Assembly: GCA_973895155.1 (NCBI GenBank)
Contig: OZ316899.1
Span: 6,513,241 to 6,577,240 of the forward strand
Source: Marsupella aquatica
Lineage: Eukaryota; Plantae; Marchantiophyta
Reading direction: 5' to 3'
Length of the DNA: 64,000 nt
Shown here: positions 48,836 to 59,560 of the stretch, in pieces
How the letters are laid out: the number at the start of each line of letters is the position of its first letter
Numbering within the stretch: the first letter of the stretch is position 1
The notes under the pieces: model-generated
Told to the model about the DNA's origin: nothing
Seen by the model: only the letters and a program-made list of their open reading frames with translations
The model's database searches: none
Translations under genes and position numbers: made by a program

Positions 48836-49462
48836 GATGATTGTTGAGGACAGTGATCTGCAAAACATCGCCAGATCCCACTCAACGATGAATCTCCATC
48901 AGTACCAAATACAAATTCAATTAATGCGGTCCATTCAATTATGCTGTATTGTAAAACTGAGCCCCAGCAAGCACATTTGCCAGTTTCCATTCGTGCAGGT
49001 AATAACAGCTGAAGAGAGAGAAATTATTGTATCTCGTGTTGTCTCCTCTACACTCCATTCCACAATTATTCTCTCTTGTGCGCGCTCTTCATTGGAGTAA
49101 AATCAATGGAGGGAGATATTAAAAATCTGGCTCAGCGTCGACCTCACTGAGGCGGATATAGTGGTCCATCCTGTGCCTATGAGCAATATTTGTTCGGGCG
49201 TCATAATTGTGCTTTTCCCCGTGCTTTGCCAATGGTAAGGTTTTCCCCGTGTTGGCGTGTTTGGACAACTTTTACTGCTCTCTGTGGTTCGGACATTCAT
49301 GGTCGTGGCTGTTTTGCAAGCTCTGATTCAACAGCAGATTCTGGAATTTCCAAGTAATCATCATCAAATAGTCAAGAGCGATACTGGGAAGTCCATGCAA
49401 TGCGCACAACTGGAGCCCTCAAAGACAGCCACGTTCATGGTTCTCTGGTGCGAACAATCTAC

Positions 49463-49880
49463 GGTAATGGTAATGGTAATGGTAATGTATTATAAGCTCC
49501 GGGACCATGAAAGTCAAAGGAGCTGCCACAAAAAGTAAAGTACAATGCAATCAAAGAAAAGAGCAACCAAAAGAGATTGCTCAGAAGAGGACAACTATGT
49601 CCTCAAAGAAACTATGGACCTAGAGAGCCCTGAAAGATTTTCCAAACCTATTCTCCTTTCCCTATCCACCGCAAAGATATATCTTCCAAGTTGCTGAGGG
49701 GGCAGACCAAACAATGCATACAAATCTTTCACCAAGATTTGAGATGCCATCCTAACCCCCTCATAAAACTTGCAAGCAATGAATACATGATATTCATTCT
49801 CTATACTAGAGCTATCACATAGTTGACAAACCCTCTTTTTCCTGTCAATATCCTTCCATCTCCCTTGTTCTACTTCAATG
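49463..49880 (-). mobile_element. LINE-B 5'-truncated copy with (CATTAC)n tail
   Basis: Reverse complement of ~59128-59560. Confidence 0.95.
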
Positions 49881-49967
49881 GATGCCACACAAAAGACCCT
49901 ACTGTCTCTCATCCCAGAAGAAAATTGACTCTGTTCTAGACGTTGCGTCTCTGCAATTTGGCATGAC

Positions 49968-50235
49968 ATTGTTTGGTCTGCCCCCTCAGCAACTTGGAAG
50001 ATATATCTTTTCGGTGGATAGGGAAAGGAGAATAGGTTTGGAAAATCTTTCAGGGCTCTCTAGGTCCATAGGGCTCTCTAGGTCCATAGTTTCTTTGAGG
50101 ACATAGTTGTCCTCTTCTGAGCAATCTCTTTTGGTTGCTCTTTTCTTTGATTGCATTGTACTTTACTTTTTGGCAGCTCCTTTGACTTTCATGGTCCCGG
50201 AGCTTATAATACATTACCATTACATTACCATTACC
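49968..50235 (+). mobile_element. LINE-B 5'-truncated copy with (CATTAC)n tail
   Basis: Matches ~59290-59560. Confidence 0.95.
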
Positions 50236-50306
50236 AAAAATCCATTAAGATTTTTGGATTCCAACCTGGCTAGCACAACCCCGATCTGGTGTCTATGTCG
50301 GCAATC

Positions 50307-50318
50307 GCTCTGATACCA
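50307..50318 (-). promoter_or_regulatory. tRNA-iMet primer-binding site of a minus-strand LTR element remnant
   Basis: gctctgatacca is the reverse complement of TGGTATCAGAGC; followed by TG at 50323 and GC-rich LTR-like sequence. Confidence 0.7.
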
Positions 50319-51379
50319 CAAGTGCTGGACCTTGCCACCCAGCACCCTCACCAATCCCAGCACCCCCGCCTAAGTGCCCTTGGTGCCCAAACACCTCCAC
50401 GGAATACCTCGACAAGCAACCTAGTGCCCCTTGCACCGCCAGCGGCCCCTCCGATACGAAGCGACACTTGCTCTCCAACTTGACCCCTACTCAATAGTCC
50501 TCACTGTCTGCACAAGCAACCAAGCATCTTGGTAAGTAACCCTTCAGGATCTAGATCTAGATCTCCCCAAGTCTGGGATCCTGACTCAAGTTCAACAGAC
50601 ATTGGTAAGTAGGTCAGCGATAGGTCCTCCCGGTGCATAAGCCAGAACCAAAACCGACTCCCACTATTCGTTTAGAACAACTGCTTCCTTGGGCGCGGCC
50701 CAGGTTCCCCTTTGTAGTTGTATTGTGATTCTCTTCAATTCTTATGAATGAGTTTTGTGAAGAATATGCTCATATCATGCTTTGTTTCATATGGAAGTCA
50801 TGCATGACGTGTTTATTTCTTTTATTCATGTATGTTATACTTGTATAGTGAATGAGAGTATTTGGATGTATTGCAATGTGGATTGCTCATGAATTGACTA
50901 CCTCTTGTATGTCATCATGAGTTTATTTTCTCAAAAAGAGCTTCAAAAATAAGTGGTTCTCTGATGTTGTCGGTGGCTAATAAATGATTCGGCCTAAACA
51001 CGCTTAGCACGCGCAGTAGAGGTATCTTAGGTCATAATTATTAACATAACAACAGCATTTAGGTAGCCATTATGAGTAGGAAATCATTAGTCAATAAGGG
51101 GCATTTGTATTCGGGCTGGCGGTGGGTCGCCATTTGCACGCCCGGGTTGCGAGCGTGTAATGGGCCCTCCCCTTTCCCCCTTGGGTCCGTATAACAAACT
51201 TTTGGAGGCGGCCACTAACACGCGCTGACCCGGACTGGCGGAGTGGCCGGTACACTGCAAGCGTGAAAGGCTCGGCAACACTTCATCATTGCTACCTTCT
51301 CTGAAGCTAACCCCTGTTGGTCACTACTTTATTTTGTTATCTGATATGTGCACAGGTCATAAATAATCTTCTTTTGCAA

Positions 51380-51990
51380 GTTTTCTACCTGGCTGCCATC
51401 AAAATCCATAGGAGCATCTCAACTTATGCGCTCTGCATAGTTAAGGATAAATACCCCACAATTTACACTATCTTCTTGTGATGGAAGGCCTGACACTAAT
51501 GTTCTAGGCCAGTTGTATGCATCTGGTGAGGGCATGCCTCTTTGACTTGCTTCATCCTCGATATACCTTGTTAGAGTATACATGAGATACTCATTTCGAG
51601 CCTCCCAAAAGTTTCATGATTTCTCCCAAAGCAAATCTAGGAACAACACCTCTTTTTCAGTTAAATCAATCACTGCCAACACCCAATGCTCCTTGTTTGC
51701 CTGGTGGATAGGGACCAATATCCTGTCATAATCAAATATGTTTTCTGTTTTGGTCCATCGAGCAACATTGGCAAAACAGTATACGGGCGTTGAGAGCAAC
51801 GTGTAGAATGCTGCGATGAAAAATGCACAATTTGGATAGTCTCTTGATCTCCCTCTAAACTACAACAAGGCCAAGTATGCATCGATGATATCTGAATGTA
51901 ACCATTGAGCTGATGTTCTTCCTTCAGACAAGCATCTCATTGACGCCCTGGTCAACTTGTAATCTACAAAGTTGAACAGTACTTCCTCGT
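51380..51990 (-). pseudogene. Ulp1/SENP-like C48 cysteine protease domain, frameshifted
   Basis: WLHSDIIDAY, ILVPIHQANKEHWVLAVIDL...VLFLD, PSQEDSVNCGVF (His-Asp-Gln-Cys all present). Confidence 0.88.
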
Positions 51991-52565
51991 CTGGGAGCTC
52001 TGTGGATTGATATGTGAATACTATGTTGGAAAATTCTTGAGAGCAGACTACTTTAGCAAATGACCCAGGTATCCGGGTATTCCCACCACATGCTGCATAG
52101 GATTGAACAGCATGGCATTAGGCATCATCTTCATCTGAGCTATAGGTCATAAAAGAAGGGTGAGCTATCTTGTCACTATTACTGCTGACACTCTCACTTT
52201 CATTGTAGTCTACCTCTACTGCTCTATCATCTACAAATCTAGATTTTTGCCTCTTTGTGTACTTCTCAGCTACACCCTTGAGCCGTTTGAAGGGGCGTGA
52301 ATGAACACTCCCCTTCTACGTAAGTTGGTAGGCAAAATCTTTTTGGAGATAAATTTTTGATGCTTCCTCCCATGCTTCACGGACTTTGTCCTTGTCCAAT
52401 GTGTGCCACTATTTGGACTCGATGTTTCTGTAGTGAACTATTGGTTAAGTAGACAGTTTAAGGTAATACCATAATAATGTGGAACTTCACATTTTTATTG
52501 ATCCTCACCATGACACAATGTAAATTGCAAACTACCTACAACAAATGGGTTCTTGGATTCAACGT

Positions 52566-54190
52566 TTACTCACAATCCTGAGCATCCCCACCCTTGCCTT
52601 CTATAGCATCCTCCTCTGAATCAAACTCAAGGACCAGCTTCTTCCGCCCTTCAGGCTTCGTAGTCTCCTTGGCCTCCTCCTTCTTACTCTCCTCGCTCTC
52701 CGCCTTGGTCTCATTGCCCTGCTGCGTTGAAAGGAGTTTTGACACCACTGAAGCTGCTGACTCACCAAAGTAGTCATGCGCTTCCATCCCAAATACTAGC
52801 CGCCCACAATTATTGGCAGCTTTGTAGATAGCACCAAAGTGGACATTCCAAGAAAATATGATATCATCGGGACTGGTGATGTGCTCTATGATGCATTGCA
52901 AGGTTGCAGGCAATAAGATACCCACCAATTTGTCTCTCACTGCATCATCTTCCTTTGTAAAATTGGATAGAGCATTGCTCTTTGCTGGGCACAGGTCACC
53001 AGTAATTGGCTTCATATGTACATTTGGGAGGGTCACCTCTGTATCTTTCATGGCAAATATATCCAAATGCAGATTTTGAGCTTGTCACATCATGAAAAAT
53101 AGATTTCCACTTGTTAGCAACACTAATTGCTCAACTTATCCAACATCGGTCCTACCTATCTCAGAGAGGTTCTCCAAAATGGATCCTGCCTATCTCAGAT
53201 AGGCTCTTCGACATCCAAGCTACCTATCTCAAAGAGGCTCTCCGACATGGATCCTGCCTATCTCAGAGAGGCTTTCCAAGATCCAAGCTACCTATCTCAG
53301 AGAGGCTCTCTGAGATGGATCCTACCTATCTCAGAGAGGCTCTCCAAGATCCATGCTACCTATCTCAGAGAGGCTCTCCGAGATGGATCCTGCCTATCTC
53401 AGAGAGGCTTTCCAAGATCCAAGCTACCTATCTCAGAGAGGCTCTCTGAGATGGATCCTACCTATCTCAGAGAGGCTCTCCATCTCCATGCTACCTATCT
53501 TAGAGAGGCTCTTCGAAATGGATTCTACCTATCTCAGAGAGGCTCTCCAAGATCCATGCTATCTATCTCAGAGAGGCTCTCCAAGATCCATGGTACCTAT
53601 CTCAGAGAGGCTCTCCAAGATGGATCCTACCTATCTTAGAGAGCCTCTCCGAGATCCATGGTACCTATCTCAGAGAGGCTCTCCGAGATGGATCAGGCTC
53701 TTTGAGATTGATCCTACCTATCTCAGAGAGCCTCTCCAAGATCAATGTTACCCATATGGGAGAGGGTGTCCGAGATGGTAATTGCAGACACATTTTTTAA
53801 CTATCTCGGAGAGCTTCTACTAGATGACTTCTATTGAAATGCCAAAATTGAAATGAACTTACAATTTTTTTGCTTGACGCCATGTAGTAAGGTGTGTCAT
53901 TCCTAATGGTGAATGAGTCAATATGATCCAACTTCTCAGCCCAGTCAATGTGAAGGTACTCAAAGATTGAGCCTCTATGGGCAAATGAACCACTGTGCAC
54001 GATGCACAGGAAACCATTGTTTGTGAGTAGAGAGTCTGTCAATGTCGTCGCCACTTCTAGGTCACTGAGCCAAAATCTATTCCACACCAAAACATTATTT
54101 TCAGTCTATGCTATGCGATAATCTGTCCCTAGCTGAACAAAGATCATATCACAACCATGGCCCTTAGGTACACCATCAACTATCCAACCT
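52566..54190 (-). pseudogene. Second, more degenerate DNA-methyltransferase-like gene (spliced), upstream of Ulp1
   Basis: LLTNNGFLCIVH (53797-54090) and LQCIIEHITSPDDIIFSW...GAIYKAANNCGRLVFGME (52566-53066) echo N6/N4-MTase blocks; catalytic motifs not canonical. Confidence 0.45.
53148..53780. repeat. Minisatellite, ~30-32 bp units with core ctacctatctcagagaggctctcc, about 19-20 copies
   Basis: Directly visible; two alternating linkers (aagatccaag/catg and gagatggatc). Confidence 0.95.
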
Positions 54191-54310
54191 TGTTTTCGCA
54201 AGCCAGCCAACTTCAATTTCTTACACTTATCTTGGAATTCCCTCATGAATGGAGGGAGAGGCAACTTTCCCGTCGTTGGCTAGTATTTTGTCCTTCAGCC
54301 AAGAAGAACA

Positions 54311-55345
54311 CTCTAGTTTCGCGATTCTGAGCTTGGGGTGAAATTTCACTTCGAGTTGGAAGGGCAATCGGCTGCGGTTTAAGCTCAGACTTTGCCAGAG
54401 CATTGGAAACAGCGATAATGTATCACTGGCAAAGTTAGAGCTGCAACCGACATTGTTTGGTATGCACTTTAGCATGTGCGATCTGCTCCGTCTCCAGTTT
54501 CGCGATTCTGAGCTCGGGGTGAAATTTCACTTCGAGTTGGAAGGGCAATCGGCTGCGGTTTGAGCTCAGATTTTGCCAGAGCATTGGAAACAGCAAGAAT
54601 GTATCACTGGCAAAGTAAGAGCTGCAACCGACATCGTTTGATATGCACTTTAGCATGCACGATCTGTTACGTCTCCAGTTTTGCAATTCTGAGCTCGGGG
54701 CGAAATTTCATTTCGAGTTGGAAGGGCAATCGGCTGCGGTTTGAGCTCAGATTTTGCCAGAGCATTGGAAACAGCAAGAATGTATCACTGGCAAAGTTAG
54801 AGCTGCAACCGACATCGTTTGATATGCACTTTAGCATGCACGATCTGTTACGTCTCTAGTTTCACGATTCTGAGCTCGGGGCGAAATTTCACTTCGAGTT
54901 GGAAGGGCAATCGGTTGCGGTTTAAGCTCAGACTTTGCCAGAGCATTGGAAACAGCGAGAATGTATCATTGGCAAAGTTAGAGCTGCAACCGACATCGTT
55001 TGGTATGCACTTTAGCATGCGCGATCTGCTACGTCTCCAGTTTCGCGATTCTGAGCTTGGGGCGAAATTTCACTTCGAGTTGGAAGGGCAATCAGCTTTG
55101 GTTTGAGCTCAGATTTTGCCAGAGCATTGGAAACAGCGAGAATGTATCACTGGCAAAGTTAGAGCTGCAACCGACATCGTTTGGTATGCACTTTAGCATG
55201 CACGATCTGCTACGTGTCCAGTTTTGGGATTCTGAGCTTGGGGCGAAATTTCACTTCGAGTTGGAAGGGCAATCGGCTGCGGTTTGAGCTCAGATTTTGG
55301 CAGAGTGTTGCAAACAGCGAGAGTGTATCACTGGCAAAGGTAGAG
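54311..55345 (+). repeat. 181-bp tandem monomers (~5.7 copies) forming the LINE-B 5' UTR
   Basis: gcgattctgagc recurs at 54321, 54502 and onward; same array precedes ORF1 in the copy at 46390-47573. Confidence 0.95.
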
Positions 55346-55421
55346 CTGCAACTGACATCCTCTACTGCTCCCAATTTCTATTTGTCGTCTAAGAGTACAT
55401 TCTAACAACAGTTTCAGCTTT

Positions 55422-56195
55422 GTGATGGCAACGGAGGAGATTGCCCATCTCAAGGCTTTGCTTGAGAAAATCTTAGTTGTGGCTGAAAACTCCGCAATTG
55501 AGATTACCACACTCAGCAAGGAGGTGACGGAGCTAAATAATGAGAATGTCAAGCAAAAGAGGTTGATTAGTGATCTTCGATCTCAAACTCAGGAGAATGG
55601 TAAGCAACTCTCATTGCTTGCATCGTGTTTTGGAGACATGGAGAAGAGTATGTGCCCAGAGAAATCAGTGATACATGAGGCTGTAGGGGAGATTGAGGAG
55701 AAGCTCAAAACCTTTGCACAGGCTGCAAAACAATCACATATGGAATTTGTCCAAGCCAAGGAGGAGGAGAGGAGAGCACTAGAGGAAGAACACAAGAACC
55801 AGCATGCAAGAGTCAGCAACTGCAAAATATCAGGCCTTGTTGAGGAGGAGAAGGAAGACACCAAGAAGGTAGCAATTTCATTCTTCCAATCTCAGATGAA
55901 AGTGCATGACCCTATCATTTTGCAAGCATATAGGATTGGGCAAAAGAAGGGGGACCTTCCACGTCCAATCTTGGTGAAGTTTGCAACTGAATTCAAGAAA
56001 GCTAGAGTGATGGCTAACAGGAGCATGCTTAAAGGGCTAAGGATTTGGTTGGATGATGATCTGACTCCCACACAAGTCCAAGCAAGGAAAATTGAGCTTG
56101 AGAAGGTGAGGGTAGCCAAAGACCAAGGATTGGTAGCCTACTTGCGCAATGGACAAGCTGTTGTTACCAATAAGAAGAGAGTTGTTTCTAAATGA
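55422..56195 (+). CDS. LINE-B ORF1
   Basis: 257 aa; coiled coil, YRIG..K..PRPILVKF, IWLDDDLT. Confidence 0.9.
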   Translation: MMATEEIAHLKALLEKILVVAENSAIEITTLSKEVTELNNENVKQKRLISDLRSQTQENGKQLSLLASCFGDMEKSMCPEKSVIHEAVGEIEEKLKTFAQAAKQSHMEFVQAKEEERRALEEEHKNQHARVSNCKISGLVEEEKEDTKKVAISFFQSQMKVHDPIILQAYRIGQKKGDLPRPILVKFATEFKKARVMANRSMLKGLRIWLDDDLTPTQVQARKIELEKVRVAKDQGLVAYLRNGQAVVTNKKRVVSK

Positions 56196-56207
56196 TGGAT
56201 CGGGACC

Positions 56208-59200
56208 TTGAGAGTCATGGCATGGAATGTTTCAGGATTTTCCATAGAAACAGCAATTGGAGGGGAACCTTTGTTTGAGAATTTTGACATCTTGCTTTTC
56301 ACGGAGACTTGGGAATATGAGGTAAATGCTCTACCTAGCATTAAAGGCTTTACTTGCATACAATCCATCTTCAATGAGAAGAAGACCACACGGGGAAGAG
56401 GGTTTGGAGGCATTGCTGTCTACACCAAGAATCAACTTCAACACATCACCTCTATTGAACATGAAGATCCCAGCAAGCAGTTCATGGTGGTGAGACTTCA
56501 TACCAGAGGTACTCCATCATTTCTGATTGTCACCTACTTTGCTCCCCTTAATATGAATGTCTATAAGATGGGAATTGCTGATGCACATTATCCATTTCAT
56601 AGGTTAATCCAAGTCATTCATGATATATCACCACTAGGGGAGACATGGATAGTGGGGGACTTTAATGCCAAGGTATCTAATGAACAATTTACTGAAAGTG
56701 AGGACTTAGGAACTTTACCTTGGTCATCATGTAGTGAAGAGATACCTTGGGTGAGAGAGGCTCTTGACACCAGAACAAATGACATGACACGTCACTTTTT
56801 GCATTTGGGAGCTTCTTGTAATCTAAGAATATTGAATGGGCTTGAGAGATTTCCCCAATCATCTGGTTACACTTTTAGATCTAAACAAGGATGTAGTACC
56901 ATTGATTACCTTCTTGCCTCACCTACCTCTGCCACTAGAGTGGTTGACTTTCAAATACTTGATCTACAACCAGAGTCTTCACACTTGCCTTTGTTGTTCC
57001 ATCTTGACCTGACCACAATCCCAAACAAAGTGCATAGAAAGCCAGTACCCAAACCTCTGTTTCTAGACCCTGATAGAGAAGTCATCTTCAAAGCCAACTT
57101 TGAACATCTTCTCCATACCCTGGATGATCAGATTGAGCTCTCAGAAGTCATAGCACAAGCAGCAGCCTCTACTTTCTCCACCAAACCCCCTAGAAAGCAA
57201 AACATGAAGGCTTGGTTTGACGAGGATTGTGCTAGAGCAAGGATGCAAGCAAGATCACATTCAGGGGAAAAGAGACTTTTGGCATTCACTATGTACAAGA
57301 ACTTCATCAAACACAAGAAGAGGTGCTTCTTGAAGAGTCATCAACAATCACTATGTGAGGAGTTCATCAAACATCCAAAACGTTTTTGGGAGAGAATGCA
57401 ATCAGGCAAGACTACTCCCCCCTTGGATCACCAGGACCTGGTAACCTATGTCACATCCTTGTATTTCTTTCCAGATGCTAGTGGCATGCCTTTGCCCCTT
57501 GGGGACACCATTCAGTTTACAGAGAGGGAGGTGAAGGTGCATCTTTCCCACATGCAACATGGGAAAGCTAAAGATCTGTTGGGCCTGAACTTGGAGCTTC
57601 TTTTGTGGGGAGGACCCTCTTTACTAACAAACTTGGTGCATGAGCTGAATCAAGCAATGGCTTTAGGTTTACCTAAAGCTTGGATGACCAGAAGAGTGGT
57701 GCCTATCTTCAAGGCAGGCAACAAGGACGATGTGCACAACTACAGAACCATCATGGTAGGCAATACTTTTGCTAAAGTTTTGGGAGGACTACTTGAAGCC
57801 AGATTAAGCTCTTGGTTGGAGAGTGAGATGAAAAGGGCACCTTCACAAGCAGGTTTTAGGAGAGAATTCAGCACTATGGATCACATTCTCTGCTTGAGGG
57901 TGTTGTGTGAAAAGGCCAAATCTCCACATAAACCATTATTTTGCTTGTTTGTGGACTTCTCCAAGGCCTTTGACAAAGTTTCCCGATCCAAGCTTTGGGA
58001 TAGGATGGTGGAGTTGGAAGTGCCTGAAGAGCTCAGGTTGGCTGTTTCTAAATTGTACCAAGAAGTGCGCATCAAACTTTCAAAGGAAACCTCTGAAGAA
58101 ATCTGGAGCACTCTTGGGGTGATCCAAGGTTGTCCTCTCTCACCAACTCTCTTTGGCATCTTCATTGATCAGCTACACAACATTTTGGAGGAGCATGGTG
58201 GAGTTGGCACTCAATTGGGTAGGTTTGTCCTCCAACTTCTTATATTTGCAGATGATGTGGTCCTACTTGCTCATGCTCAAGAAGCTTTGCAAAGACATCT
58301 CACTGCCTTGGAGGAGTTTTGTCAAGCAACAGGGATGGTAGTCAACCTCAAGAAGACCAAGTGTTTGGGCATTGGCACACGACAAAATCCAGAGCTCTAC
58401 TTCCAAGGGAATCTGGTGGAATTTGTGAGGACCTACAAATACCTTGGGGTGGAGTTCTCTCAAAACTTGAGTTGGGCCTCATGTGTAAAATCTAGGGCTG
58501 CCAATGGGTACAGAGCTTTTTATGCATTCATGAAAAAATGCAAAAGAGCTGGTCTACACACTTGGAGGTTAAGGAAACATCTCTTTGGAGCTTTGGTGAA
58601 ACCAGTCATTCTTTATGGAGCACCAATTTGGGGAGCAGGTGTGTCTAAATCTGGGTGGCAACAGATTGAGGGGCTGCAAAAGCTATTTCTTGAGATGGAG
58701 CAAGGATCAAGTCACAAACCCCATATGCACTTACACTTGCAGAGGCAGGCTTGTTTCCTTTGGAGGTGGAGGCACTCTTCCACACACTCAAATACATCAT
58801 GCGTGTAAGAGAGTTGGAGGAAAACAGATTTCCTTTTCATGCCTTGCGCTCATCTTCAGCTAAAGGGTGGTATGCAGATGTGTGCAGGTGGGCCCATGCT
58901 TGGGATTTTCCTGAACATGAATGGCCAACACACCCAACCAAGCTAAGAGCAAAACTTGAGCAAAAGGCTTTGCACAAACTTTGGCATGAACCTAGCCCAT
59001 GGCAGCAATACTACATGAGAGATGTGAACCCCATGAAGAAGTATCGAGAACAAGAATACTTATCTAGCACTATCTCAGTACAACTTAGACAACTTATTGC
59101 TCAGTATAGACTAAGCTCACACCACCTTGAAGTAGAACAAGGGAGATGGAAGGATATTGACAGGAAAAAGAGGGTTTGTCAACTATGTGATAGCTCTAGT

Positions 59201-59428
59201 ATAGAGAATGAATATCATGTATTCATTGCTTGCAACTTTTATGAGGGGGTTAGGATGGCATCTCAAATCTTGGTGAAAGATTTGTATGCATTGTTTGGTC
59301 TGCCCCCTCAGCAACTTGGAAGATATATCTTTGCGGTGGATAGGGAAAGGAGAATAGGTTTGGAAAATCTTTCAGGGTTCTCTAGGTCCATAGGGCTCTC
59401 TAGGTCCATAGTTTCTTTGAGGACATAG
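56208..59428 (+). pseudogene. LINE-B ORF2 (APE + RT + CCHC), one frameshift near 58705
   Basis: GDFNA, QAGFR, QGCPLSP, FADD; C-terminus in ORF 58751-59428 colinear with LINE-A ORF2. Confidence 0.96.
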
Positions 59429-59560
59429 TTGTCCTCTTCTGAGCAATCTCTTTTGGTTGCTCTTTTCTTTGATTGCATTGTACTTTACTTTTTGTGGCAG
59501 CTCCTTTGACTTTCATGGTCCCGGAGCTTATAATACATTACCATTACCATTACCATTACC

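Larger units (their letters stand above)
54311..59560 (+). mobile_element. LINE family B, near full length, with tandem 5' monomers and (CATTAC)n tail
   Basis: Monomers + ORF1 + ORF2 + 3' UTR; no TSD seen. Confidence 0.95.

Noticed and set aside
50965-51280. Solo LTR TGTTG...CAACA
   Set aside because: Ends are suggestive but flanks (tctga / cttca) give no TSD; cannot be supported
53148-53780. CRISPR-like array or repeat-protein ORFs
   Set aside because: Linkers are short and recurrent, not unique spacers; no cas genes; open frames are a by-product of the repeat
54227-55405. Repeated short Cys-rich ORFs (also 46938-47687)
   Set aside because: Translations of the 181-bp monomers in shifting frames
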